A DNA stretch of 64,000 nt from Mayamaea pseudoterrestris. Its lineage: Eukaryota. The DNA lies in contig BROI01000009.1 in the NCBI GenBank assembly GCA_027923505.1, forward strand, positions 186,001-250,000. The letters run 5' to 3'. Under the pieces are notes generated by a model. That model made no database searches. It saw only the letters and a program-made list of their open reading frames with translations, and was not told the origin of the DNA. Positions 1 through 11,661 of the stretch are shown here, piece after piece. The translations under genes were made by a program, and so were the position numbers. The stretch's first letter is position 1. Each line of letters starts with the position of its first letter.

Positions 1-98
1 TGGAACGGTACGAAGGTGGCAGTACCAGCTCGCCCAATGCCACCGATCAGGATTCTTTAGTAGGAGAAGCGTTAGTGTCAACGGACAATGAGCAAGAT

Positions 99-3000
99 AT
101 GACTCCAGTGGGTAGTGACGGCGATATACAGCAATTACTAATGACGAATGAAAATGGCGTTCAGCTTTTGGGAGGTAGTGGCAATGATAATCATGAAACA
201 CATAAAGTAATTGGACCATTCACTTTGCAATCATTGGACTGCATTCGCTTACGACGGTCGCAGCTTTGGCTGTTCATTATAACGCTCGCTGGCGCTGCGA
301 TCATTCTTGTCGTCTTTCAGTCACCTATAGTTGCGAGGCGGTCGAAGGGCGAAGCACTGTTAAACATGCCCTTTGCTCGAGTCGACCGTGAAGATTTTGG
401 TGATCCTGCTGCAGGATTTATCGACAAAAGCCTCTTTGATCCGTCGCTTATAAACCGGCGAGGCAGGAAAGAATTTATATTTCCTTTTCCGACAGGTAGC
501 TTTTGGACCAATTTGGTGCTTGCGCCAACTGCCGATCGAGGACTAAGTTATCCAGTTGTTGCGTATCCGTATGCGTACGCATGGTCCCACGCACTTCTAC
601 AATTATCGTATTCAGCAAGCCATCGCAAAGAAGAACCCAAGATGATCCATGACTATTTTTTCCCTGATTTGACGTTGACGACGCAAGAGGGCATTTTGAA
701 TCGACATATAACCTACTTTGACGCCCTTTCCGTGACTCTGCGCTACACTACGCAGGGCGGGAAATGGGAAACTTACCTCGTCCAAGGAAGCCCTTACGTG
801 ACAATCCGCTACGAGAACAGCTCGCCGGTCATTCACGCCTTTTCTACATTTGCCCACGTTGGCTGCAACAATAATGAAGCTTCATCGTCTAAAAATTTGG
901 ATGCAAACCATGGTAACAGACGGCTTGGTGAAGCTGCTACGTTCGGCGTTTGTGCGTGGGAGGAAGATTCAGCGAAATCGCATCGGATACTGAGAGGGGT
1001 GCAATTTAGAATATTTAGTCAGGAAGGGATGGAATGGATTCTTTTTTCCTCGGAACCCATTGAGCTGCAATATGATTTAATGGTGAGGTCGGCAATATCG
1101 TCTATTAACAAATTCAAGGGCGTCCTTCGGATCGCCTTCATTTCCGGCTCGCAAGGAGCAATGGCTACGTCCGGTATAAATGCTTCTGCGGCGGACAATG
1201 ATAGATATATGAACTCTTCACTGTCGACGGGACTGCAAAGACTTATCTACCATGCTGGAGTCTACCCTATTAGCGGGGATGTGAGCTGGAGTTTTCGATC
1301 TTCCGACACTGAATCAATCCTGGCTTACCCTGCCAATTCGATTTTGAGCAAGTCTGACACGGCGGCACGTGGGAAGACAGCAACAACAAACGCTGCAGAC
1401 ACTTCGCAACCTAACGGTAGTAGAATTGGAAGGCTCACTTTCCAATTTGCGACAGGCTCCTTTACTCCATCAAGCAGTGCATCAGCGGCGAAACCGCTGC
1501 TCATGCTGGCACTGCCTCACCACGCAGAGAAGCTTCCGTCATATATGCAGCTTGGTCGGGACCAATTCGATCTCGTGTATGAATGTATTAAAGGTCCGAT
1601 GCGGCCTATGATAGGCCGAATTTGGTCGTACGACGAAACTCTTCCGTCAATGGGACTCGACGATTTTGACTTCACAAACAACGAGCGAAAAGGTTACTTA
1701 GATACGAACGTGAGGTTGGTTATTATTGATAGTTTGAAAGAGGACATTACTTTGGCGCTCCCAACAATTACTGAAAATGTCTATGGATTTGGTAAGCAGA
1801 CGGCTCGGCTGGCTCAGCTAACGCACATCGCTTACATGCTGCAGCAAGGCAAGCGCACGGACTACCAGTTGGCCTCGAATGGCACGTTTGACGGCGAGAC
1901 AGCGGTTGACGACGAAGATGCGGAGGTTGCTGAAGTGTATCAAAAGTCGGTTAAGTTGCTACGAACTTCGTTGGAGCATTTTCTAAATAATAGCGTCTCA
2001 GATATGTTGGTTTTTGACGATAATCTTGGCGGACTTGTTACAATTGATGGGCTCAGGGACACTGAGTTAGACTTTGGGAATGGGAGATACAATGATCACC
2101 ACTTTCATTTTGGCTATCTGCTATACGCTTGCGCCATCATGGGCAGTCTCGATCGAGACTTCGTCATTAAATATAGCGACGCAATCGATGCCATTTATCT
2201 TGACATTGCACACGATACGAACTTTAAGTCCGAGAAGTCTGGGCACATCTTTTTGCCTGGAGCCCGACACAAAATGTGGTATGATGGTCATTCTTTTGCC
2301 TCTGGTTTATTTCCTTTTGGAAATGGGAAGTCACAAGAAAGTTCAAGCGAAGCTATCAATGGCTACTTCGGTGCGTACCTTTGGTCTCTAGTAAAGCATG
2401 GAGCTATACGTGAGCCCAATAGCGATGTGTCACCGCAGACGGACTTTGTGAGACTGCTCATGGCAACAGAGCTCCGGGGCGCTCAGACGTATTGGCATAT
2501 GATGCCACCAAGCGGAACGATTGAGACGCACATGACGTCCGCTTCAGCGACCGTTTTTAGTCCCACTTTCTCTCGGAACTATATGGTTGGCAATATGGGT
2601 ATGCTAGATGCGACCTCCACCACTTGGTTTGGCACGTCAAGTCTTTACGTGCATATGATTAACGAGATGCCCGTCACTGCGGCAACGTCGACATTATTTA
2701 GTCCTGCATTTGTTGAAGGTGAGTACATTAATGCAATGATACCACTCGGGGAGGTGGAGATGGCCTGGCGGGGCTATGTCGTCTGCAACCAGGCCATGGT
2801 AAATTCGCGCGAAGCGTGGATATCGGCGCAAAAACTACAAAGTCGCGAGCTCGATTCTGGGATAAGTAAGAGCCAGATTCTTTATTTTATTTCGACGCGC
2901 CCCAGCTTCAATCCCTTGTCGATTCCTCGCTTAAAAACGTCATCGAAGGGAGCGGGTCGAACTGAAAATGGGACGTCGGCGTGTTCTGCCCATGATATCT

Positions 3001-3116
3001 GTCGAAAAGCTGGTCTTGTAGGTTTCTGCTGTCCAAGTCCAGAAGGAATTACCTTGAGGTGCTGCGCGAGCAGTGAACTAATGGGTTCTTTGCACGATGA
3101 TGTATATAAAATGTAA
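99..3116 (+). CDS. Endo-1,3(4)-beta-glucanase, glycoside hydrolase family 81, with N-terminal TM anchor and C-terminal Cys-rich module
   Basis: GH81 motifs FPTGSFWTN, YNDHHFHFGY, GHSFASG and QESSSEA; hydrophobic LWLFIITLAGAAIILVVF near the N-terminus; first in-frame ATG at 99. Confidence 0.9.
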   Translation: MTPVGSDGDIQQLLMTNENGVQLLGGSGNDNHETHKVIGPFTLQSLDCIRLRRSQLWLFIITLAGAAIILVVFQSPIVARRSKGEALLNMPFARVDREDFGDPAAGFIDKSLFDPSLINRRGRKEFIFPFPTGSFWTNLVLAPTADRGLSYPVVAYPYAYAWSHALLQLSYSASHRKEEPKMIHDYFFPDLTLTTQEGILNRHITYFDALSVTLRYTTQGGKWETYLVQGSPYVTIRYENSSPVIHAFSTFAHVGCNNNEASSSKNLDANHGNRRLGEAATFGVCAWEEDSAKSHRILRGVQFRIFSQEGMEWILFSSEPIELQYDLMVRSAISSINKFKGVLRIAFISGSQGAMATSGINASAADNDRYMNSSLSTGLQRLIYHAGVYPISGDVSWSFRSSDTESILAYPANSILSKSDTAARGKTATTNAADTSQPNGSRIGRLTFQFATGSFTPSSSASAAKPLLMLALPHHAEKLPSYMQLGRDQFDLVYECIKGPMRPMIGRIWSYDETLPSMGLDDFDFTNNERKGYLDTNVRLVIIDSLKEDITLALPTITENVYGFGKQTARLAQLTHIAYMLQQGKRTDYQLASNGTFDGETAVDDEDAEVAEVYQKSVKLLRTSLEHFLNNSVSDMLVFDDNLGGLVTIDGLRDTELDFGNGRYNDHHFHFGYLLYACAIMGSLDRDFVIKYSDAIDAIYLDIAHDTNFKSEKSGHIFLPGARHKMWYDGHSFASGLFPFGNGKSQESSSEAINGYFGAYLWSLVKHGAIREPNSDVSPQTDFVRLLMATELRGAQTYWHMMPPSGTIETHMTSASATVFSPTFSRNYMVGNMGMLDATSTTWFGTSSLYVHMINEMPVTAATSTLFSPAFVEGEYINAMIPLGEVEMAWRGYVVCNQAMVNSREAWISAQKLQSRELDSGISKSQILYFISTRPSFNPLSIPRLKTSSKGAGRTENGTSACSAHDICRKAGLVGFCCPSPEGITLRCCASSELMGSLHDDVYKM

Positions 3117-3147
3117 TCACTAAGGTATTGGCATGATGTACTAAGAT

Positions 3148-6100
3148 TTACACCTCGACTAGGCATGAAGTTTCAGTATTCGAGAAACGACCTCCTCGAT
3201 CAATAGTGTCAGCCTCATCCCCACACGCTTGTTCTTCGTCAGTGTCCAACACGTCTTCGTGTCCTGAATATTGCAATGCCAGAGCATGCTTACGGTAGAT
3301 CAACATTTCCTCATGCAAAAGCTTAAAATCAGGAAGTTTCTCCTCGGGGTAAACTACTTTTGCTGCTGCATATCGCACGGCCATATATACATTGTAAATT
3401 TTCATGCCCACCATTTTCCACTGCCGCGCCAGCATTGTGTTAAGCTCGCTTTTGCGGTGGATTTTGCAGAGAGACGCAACGAATTTGCACAAAAAAGCCG
3501 ACTCTTTGAAGAAAAAGACTGCCTGTAAACAGTCGGCTCGTCCGAGTATTATCAACGCTTCTAGAGGCGAGCATGTTCGTTCCTCCGGAAGACGCGCTTG
3601 GAAAGCCAAATCAGAAACTCCGCGTTTAGGAGCTTTAGTTGCAAAACGTGCGGCTTGTTCGACGCAGAGAAAAGGGTTTTGAGCACCACTGGCGAGGTCA
3701 AGAAGCGCGACAGCGGCATTTAGGGATGCGGTTCCTATTGCTGTTTCGGTTGAAGAGTGTCTCAAAGTGTACAGACACGAATTGAGCTTAGCCATTTTGC
3801 TATCAAGGTTACTGTCATGACTTTTCGCTTTTTCGAGGCCCCCATACCACTCGTCCAAAAGGCGAGAGCACGGAATGACTATAAAGCAGGAAACCGTCAA
3901 AAGGCCATCATCCCCAAATACCTTTGCTATGCACCCGCTTTGTTCACTGGATAGTGTTCGCTTCGATCGCCGAACATGGCCAGATTGCTTGCCATTCAAA
4001 ACACTGGGTACAGAGCCCTCGGCACCATCATGTGATAGGAACAACGCATCAAGCTTGAGCGACTTTGACATGGCGTTTAAGGGTTCATCAAGCTTTCCTA
4101 TATCAGCATCCCATAACTGCTTATTCACGCAAAACTGAGAGAGAGGGAGAACAATGCTCAAGCTCGTCAAAATAAAGCCTTTTTGCAACGGCACGACCAT
4201 GTGGCGCGCGCGAAGCAAACACATTCTTGAAAAATGCAATAGCAAATGCAAAGTCTCCGTTTCGCCGAACTCTGCAACAACCTTTTCGCGAATGGCTTTC
4301 TCATGCGCTAGTCGTCCCCTCGTGTAAGCAATATTCCCGCGAAGCTGTAGGACTTGGTCTCGAAAGTTTGATGCTAAATCTGGAAACCATTCCTTGATTA
4401 GATCCCACTGCAAGATCAACTCATCCTCTACTTCGCCAGACACTTTTCCGAAAACCAACCCGTCCGTAATAGTTATCCCAAAGTGGTTTAATCCGACTTT
4501 CCGGCGAATGAGTGCCAAATTAAACGGCTGATCTTCCCAACCGGAGAAAAAGCTTACATTGTTAGCAACACAAATGTTATACATTCGTAGAGCAAGTTGC
4601 TTGCCAGCATCAGACAGCCAGGAAGACGATATAAGACTTTTAGATAATGTTGGTACATCTTCAGTGAATGTCGTAGAGAGGTCGAATGAAGAAACCCGAC
4701 AAACGATTGCCACAATTGTCTCGACGTGCTTGAAGATAAGATTGAGCGTATCAGTGTCGTGAGGAATTTGTACGGACAAGCGCGCCGCAAACTCTACTTT
4801 TTGCATGAGCTCAACAAGTTCGGAAGAGATAGATTTATCGCCCAGTTGAACGGTCCATAACCCAACAATTAGTTGTGAAAGTCGAGCTAAAGCGGTCGCT
4901 ATCATTTTTCCAGCTTCATCTCGCTTGGCTGTTCCCGTTAAAACTTGTGCACTGTTTAGGAGCAACGCCGACGATGCCGAGACGACTTTTATGATACGGT
5001 TTCGTTTGTCGATCCTTGCAGGCTCGTCGCTATGCTTACTCAAAGTTGTATGCAAAATACCTGTTTCAGTCAACAGCCGCACATGAGAACAAAACATCGG
5101 GGCGAGCCAGACAGAAAAGTCTTTCGTTTTCCCCGCCCTCTGCAAAACGTCGGCAACAAGAGCATATCCCTCAGTCTGATCGATTAAACCTCGCTCGGAA
5201 ACCAGCAATCCTGACCAGCTATCCCTAGATGTTCTTATATCTTTTGGACATGACAGATTATCTTGCGGAAGGTACTTTAACGACTCAATATACTTGAATG
5301 CCAAGAAGTCACTCTCTCCGTGCCCGGCCAAGCAACAGCCGTGCAGGACGCTAAGCTCTGGAGGTAAAACACCTTTTTCCATGTGAGCGAGCACATCAGG
5401 CTTGCTGACTAAATCATCATCGTCAGATAAATCGAACAAACTATCGACAGAGTCGCTACTATATTCTTTGACTTCCGCAGCCACAGAGCCCAAGGTAAAT
5501 TGCATTTCGTATACTTTCATTCTTTGCCGCCGCCGCACAAGCATTTTTGATCGCTCTTTCATGTATAGGGACATGGACGTTCCGACTAGAATGCCGCAAT
5601 GATACTTGCCCATGCCAAGTGCAAGATGCAAAAGCTCGGATGCAATGCTGATAGCCGTCTTGAAGGAAGCGGATATGGGAAATCTTTGAGATGGAGATGC
5701 TACCTCGTCTTGAATTACCAACTTAGTGCCGGCGGCAGTGTCGTTCTGATGGCATTCAATCAAAAAGCCATCCAAAGCCAAATTCTGTTCTAAGACTAGC
5801 GTTTCGCAGTCGCTCTGTCGAATTAACAATGGTTTCTGGCCTGGCTCGAGCGACAAGTCTTCTGTTGTCTCGTCGAAAGCTGAAGAATCGCGCGTACATT
5901 TCTCTTCCCGCAATAGTTTCTCTCGCTGCAATAAGCCATCCCGATCAACGAGATCGTCTGATCTGTTATTCGTCCAAACCGTGTTACCATGGGCATGCAC
6001 CGCAGGAACCATTGCCTCCGAGTGCAGCCAATCTATCAGCCCTTTGCAATGTACAGAACCAACAGCTGCCTCTAATGCTTTAATCAGGGCTTGTAGTCGT

Positions 6101-7535
6101 CTCTCCTTCCACTTGAATGTTTTGGAGTGTTTCCTCAGCCATCGGCGCAACACAATATTTTTATTGCTGTCGTCGCCTCGGTTCCATTGGTCGCACTCAC
6201 GCCCAATCCGGACCATGAGACCTGCGTAAAGCCACCAAGCCTTGTAGCTTGACTCAAATAGTGTCGTCGCCTGACCAGTCTGCCGCTCTTTCATATCCGT
6301 TAAAAGAGTCAGCGCCTCCGACAAATGGCCAAGCTCGATCAAAATCATCGCCAGCTTCGCCGCGATTTCTTCTTTACCGGCCGGTCGTAGATTGTTGGCA
6401 GTTTGATAATCATTCTTCGCTTCGTTGAGCCATCGTTGCCGCTCGACCTTGTGATGATCCCGAAGGAGGACCGTCTCGACTGTTGCGGCCGTCATCAACG
6501 AGTGCCGATCAGCAACCTCGCAAGCCAAATCGGCAGCTCTAACCCAGAGAGTATAATCTTTTTTGCAAAGAATCGCTGCAACGTGGTACGCGCCATATGC
6601 CTTCTTGGCAAGCTCAAGTTGCTCGGTCCACAAGTCCTCGCCCAGCCCCGGACGGTTATCATCACTAGTGCTTCCATTTTGCTGTTTACCCGCTTCATCT
6701 AACATGTCGCAATAGACCATCCCGAGGCTAGAGTACACTTGAGGAGCTGACGGTGCCTCGCGCGCAATCTGCTTTAGAGTTTGAATCGCCTCCTTGTGTC
6801 GGCCGCGCGTGTGTGCATTAAGCGCCTCTCCATGCTGCTCGGCGAGTTTGATGGACTTAAAGTTACGCATTTTAAATGCCATTTTTTTGCCGCGCGACTG
6901 CTTATTATTATTGTTAAAAGTGGCGTTATGCGCAGCTTTGACATGTACATTCCTCCGTTCTGCTATTGTCCGTTGATTCTCCTCAGGGTCCGCTTCCTCT
7001 TCATTAACGTCGCCTTCCTCTTCAATAGGTTCATCATCTGTGTCACCTTCACTTTCCGGCAGACTATCATTGTCAACCCAGGCGTCAACTGAATGTGTTT
7101 GCTCATTTTCTGGTGACTCGCCGGCAACCTCGTCTGTCTGGCGCCGCGAGCATCGAAGTTGCTTTGGTTGAACGACGGCGGTGTCTGGAATAATGTCGTC
7201 GTCAAGCGAATTTCGCAAGCCTCTTGATCTCTTTAGAGGACGTTGCTGTTGCAGTGCTTGTTCCTCCAACCAATCTGTTCCTCTAGCGTCCTTCGTTGGC
7301 GATTCTTTACAACGCGCTGCTTTTTGGAGAGCTTTTTGGTAAAGTTGTGGCCCGTCACATCGGTTCCGTATTGTGCTACTTGCATTTCTTTGTGCAAGGA
7401 ATCAAGTTGCTGTCGCAAGCGATGAATGTTTAAATCATCCTTGTTGTTTGCGTCTTTGTGAAGAATTGTGCTGGCTGCGGCGCTTCTCAAAGCTGCATTC
7501 GATTCATTCGTTTTGGGGGAGGACGATTGAGGCAT
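3148..7535 (-). CDS. TPR protein resembling TFIIIC subunit Tfc4/GTF3C3; 5' part (7535-~7300) is in a different frame, joined by an intron or frameshift
   Basis: Acidic N-terminal region followed by TPRs (GEALNAHTRGRHKEAIQTLKQIAREAPSAPQVYSSLGMVY; YHVAAILCKKDYTLW) like the Tfc4 N-terminal TPR array. The main ORF starts at TTG; the upstream ATG ORF 7535-7233 overlaps it. Confidence 0.6.
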
Positions 7536-7872
7536 TGAATCGAGATTCTAAGTTCGACTACTTTTTTTGATGTATTGATATATAGTAATGCCGTAGTATA
7601 CGCAAATCTTGGAAAAGCAAAAGAGAGCAACGACGGCAAGACTTGATGCGGCGGCGTCTGAGCTGTGTGTCGAGAACCACTCGTCATGGTGCGCTGGAGC
7701 GCGGCAAAGTCAATCGTGCGATCGCAGATCACGGGTACTGGTAAGACATGCACGACTAACGCTACTTTCGCTTGGTTCCACTTTCCCCGTTCCTCTACGT
7801 CGTATATCCTTTGCTGATCGTAAGCCGGTAGCAAACCCAAAAGTTTAGTTAAGCTCGAATTCTGCGTTAATG

Positions 7873-9085
7873 CTAATACAGGTTCTGCTGCTGCGGCGAT
7901 GCGTAGGCAAAGCTCAAATCTTGCGATTCACTGTCAAATGCACCGCCACAGTCGAACATGGGGTTTGACCGCATCTGCAGGAGCTGCTGCTGCAAATACC
8001 GGTGATCTTGCTGCTGCAGAAACTGTTCCTCGTGTTGCTGCTGTTGCTGCAGGCGCAGAAAAGACTCCGTCGCGATAGGCGTCGGCGACAGTGGCACGAT
8101 GCCCCGCCCAGCGTACAAGGGAACTTGATCAGACCCGTGGTGACGCTGATGAGTATTCAGCGGCATTTGCTGGTGAAATGAATACATCGACTCGCCGTTC
8201 ATGATTGATTCATCAAAAAGAGCCAGCAGATCGGAAGAAAAATTCTGCGTCGACGATTGTAGCATCGAGCATAGATTTGGAAGCGGTGGAGTGACCATTG
8301 AATGCTGCAAAAACGGACTCGAAGCAGGAGATTCTTCGTAGGTTGAATGATTGTCAATATGTTCTTCCAGTGGAGGGAGTGGGCACTTCTTATCCAATGC
8401 GTAAAAGTCAGGCTCATGTGACTTTTTGGTGGGAATTTTCTTGTGAGTCTTGGGTAATCGACGCATATACATTTGCAGGTGAGGCTTTCCCCTGAGAAAG
8501 AGCTGGGGTGATCAAAGTATGTAAGGTTTCAACTGGAGGTTGGGCTTCCAAACATCCAGAGCACAGAGCACAGCCGACATGAACGTTCCATTTTCTTTAA
8601 CATCGGACATTGCTTAAACTCACCTCATTGTAATAGGAGCCACGATCCGGCCCACTGCTGATCCTTCGAAATGACCAAGCATTGACCAAACGGTTGAAAG
8701 AGTGGTAATTGTTATATTCGAAATACAGGGGCATTACTATGTTTTCGAACATATCTGGTTTTAGTACCTTCCACGACCGACCATGAGGTTGAAACGAAAT
8801 AATATGATGAAACTCTTTCTGTGATAGAATGGCGTAGAGTTTGACGGGAAACTTTTGGGCTCGAATTGATACATCGCTGTTGGGTAATTGAGTGTTGGAT
8901 GTAGCTGCTACCGCTGGAAGTTCGAGCAGTGGGGCATCGTCGTCTACACAGCCGTAGTCAGTGTACTGATACAGCGCCTTCGTTTCACCTTTCGAAACGC
9001 TGGCTCTATAGTCTTTGCCTCCTAGTTGGAAAGATTGGCTCGAGTCAGAGGTCGATCCTGACAAAGTGTCGCTAACGGTGCTCAT
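7873..9085 (-). CDS. HSF: Heat shock transcription factor; exons 9085-8624 and 8502-7873
   Basis: HSF DNA-binding domain FPVKLYAIL...PHGRSWKV...SFNRLVNAWSF...GPDRGSYYNE|LFLRGKPHL is restored by removing the GTGAGT...CCCCAG intron; Q-rich C-terminus. Confidence 0.92.
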
Positions 9086-9568
9086 TGCTTAAACGCTTAA
9101 ACTGACTGTGAAAGTGAGCTGCAGATAAAGTGACACCAAAAAAATTGGCAACGCTCTTGTCCGCTTCCTCATTGCGGTCATTCGAACGCCGTCCTTGGGC
9201 CTTTTCTAACTTCAAACCCAAAAATATCTATGCCCTAGTTGACAGGCAATTTAAATCCTGTCGCCCTTTAACTTCAACATCAATGAAATCCGAAGGCGTC
9301 CAAAAGTAGTCTTCTCCGATGACCGTGTATCTCATTCAGTGCTGCACTGTACACATAAAGCGATTGTACGGCTCGGTATGTATCATACAGTACACTATGA
9401 CTACAGTCGGGAGTTGATAGCTCAAAAAATACTCACTCGTGCAAAGCATACGCTATTGGACTGTACTCCAGCTTATATACAACTCCGTGCAAATGCTTGC
9501 AATGAATGGTCAACCAAAAGGTAAAAGATACAGTTCAGAATAGGGACTAACTGTAAGTACTGCATAGA

Positions 9569-10561
9569 TTAAGGAGTCAAACCGGTGATTGTCCTTTCGG
9601 TCGTGACGAAGGACTTCCTACCATCGGCGCTCGTCCACATGGTTTTCCGTGTCAAATGGTTCGTGTGAGCGATAAACCCTCCCATCGAATGATTTGCAAT
9701 AGTCGCGTCCATAAGTGCACTGCCCGTCGTAAGTTCCTTTTCTAGGGAGCTTGAGCTTTCGGAGAGTGTTTCAGATACACTGGCCTTTTGTCCATTAACC
9801 TTTTGCGCATCAAGAGCCGCAGGACTATCGGCAGTGGAACTTATACCCGCTACAATCCCATCAGTAGCCACAGCCAAAGCCACACCAGAGTCTAACCCGA
9901 GGATACCTTCCTCCTTGAGTTGAGCCACCCAGCGCCGCACCCTTTCCTCCGATAATTCCTCCTGGTTGACAAAGTCCAACATAAGTCCGCAAAACTTTTC
10001 TCCGCGAATTGCCTTGGAATCTTCGTGCTCGTATCCTTCTTGACTCCAGGAGCCCAGCATGGTACATCCCATTTCACAAAAAACGTCAAAGAGCTCACCC
10101 GATGCATCAGCATAGTTTTCGGCGAAGCTGCTTTGATCTCCCAGTCCAAAAACTGCAACCTTTTTAGCTTTCATTATATCCTTTAGTTCTGGAAGCTTTG
10201 TATAGTATAATTCATCCCATCCAGTTCCCGATCGCTCACTGTCAGCTCCAGTGTTCCAGGTTGGCGTTCCAACCACCAAAGCATCGTATTCGGCAAAAAC
10301 TTGCGCCAAATCTCCCGCTTCGACCGTGTCGATATCAACTGGTTCAGAACTCACTTCTGGTCCGAACGCTTGGTGAATAAGATCGGCTGCTGTTTGGGTG
10401 CTGCCAGTGCTCGTCCCAAAGAAGATACCGACTTGCGCGCCGAGACTACTACCGGTAGTAGTCATCGAATGGCGATGCGCCAGTCTGAAAGCCGGGATCC
10501 AAGCAAATGTTGCTTCTCTTGTAATCACAGCAAGTGACAACCAAAGGCATCGATGCACCAT
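9569..10561 (-). CDS. fld: Plastid-targeted long-chain flavodoxin with ~110-aa C-terminal extension
   Basis: VGIFFGTSTGST, GTPTWNTG and VAVFGLGDQ motifs; signal peptide plus TFA-W cleavage motif and transit peptide. Confidence 0.93.
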   Translation of the reverse strand: MVHRCLWLSLAVITREATFAWIPAFRLAHRHSMTTTGSSLGAQVGIFFGTSTGSTQTAADLIHQAFGPEVSSEPVDIDTVEAGDLAQVFAEYDALVVGTPTWNTGADSERSGTGWDELYYTKLPELKDIMKAKKVAVFGLGDQSSFAENYADASGELFDVFCEMGCTMLGSWSQEGYEHEDSKAIRGEKFCGLMLDFVNQEELSEERVRRWVAQLKEEGILGLDSGVALAVATDGIVAGISSTADSPAALDAQKVNGQKASVSETLSESSSSLEKELTTGSALMDATIANHSMGGFIAHTNHLTRKTMWTSADGRKSFVTTERTITGLTP

Positions 10562-10658
10562 GGTCGACGCAAAAATGGAGGAGGAGTAGAGTAATTGTAC
10601 AGTATGCTGTCCAACGAAAATGAGCAGCTGCCCGACGGCCGACGGATCTCTTTCCGAA

Positions 10659-10683
10659 CGCCGCGCCGCGCCGCGCCGCGCCG
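10659..10683. repeat. (CGCCG)5 microsatellite in the flavodoxin/bioB divergent intergenic region
   Basis: cgccgcgccgcgccgcgccgcgccg read directly. Confidence 0.9.
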
Positions 10684-10844
10684 TCTACTTCACACGAGTA
10701 CCGGTACGATTAAGCTTAGACACGTAATTTTTTGTCGTGCGCACCCATCGTCGAACGATCTTGCATTAGTCGACGTTGACGGCAGCGTCTTCGATTCTTT
10801 CGAGCTATCATACTTCCTAACTTATTAATCTATTCATTGCAACA

Positions 10845-11605
10845 ATGATGAGCGCTAGCTTGAATCGCGTCTCGCATCGCTTGCTATGCTCCAGCTCCGT
10901 CCGGAGCGTTTCTGTCGCACTATTGCCGACGGAGCAAGCCGTTGTTGTTGATCGTCACACGGCTTTGCCTGACAACAAGTTGAACCGCAGCGTGAGCAAG
11001 CAGCTAAAAGGTCCACCCATGAAGGTCTCAGAGATGCGTTCACCAAACGATGCTCATATTCGGAACTCGCTCTACGATACGGAGGAAGAACGCTCCATGG
11101 CAGGTTACTCTTCCACCATTCGTCATGACTGGACCAAACCGGAGATTGCCGAGATTTACTCCCTTCCTTTCTACGAATTAATGTACATTGGCGACGCTTT
11201 CTGAGCACCCAGAATCTGTGCAGATTAACGCGCTTGTCACAGTTGAGAGAACACCTCTTGGTGACAACGACGATATCGATTCCGTCAGTGTCATTGATAT
11301 GGCGCGCATGATTGCGACGGCTCGCATTGTCATGCCACGGACCATGGTGCGATTGTCGGCTGGACGGCTCCCGTTTAGCAAAGTGGAGCAGTATCTCATG
11401 TTCCAAGCCGGAGCGAATTCAATTTTTACCGGAGACAAGCTATTGACGTATGCAACCCAGAGTTCGACAAGGACCAGGCGCTTTCCAAAAGTTGGGTTTC
11501 CACGGCAAGCCTGCTCACAAAGGTCCCTTGATACCTCCCAAGGAAGGGCAAGGTGAAGTACACATTACCCCCAGCAAGGCGGAACGAGGGCAAAGTTACG
11601 CGTAA
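10845..11605 (+). pseudogene. bioB: Biotin synthase pseudogene: radical-SAM core deleted, plus frameshifts
   Basis: N-terminal [21 protein letters not shown] is joined out of frame at ~11187 to [17 protein letters not shown]...[19 protein letters not shown]...[14 protein letters not shown]. There is no CxxxCxxC motif, and two further -1 shifts interrupt [19 protein letters not shown]. Confidence 0.9.
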
Positions 11606-11661
11606 ACAGTTGTCTGTATGGGCATGTGGGATGAATTGAGAGTACGTAGAATTAATTCACT

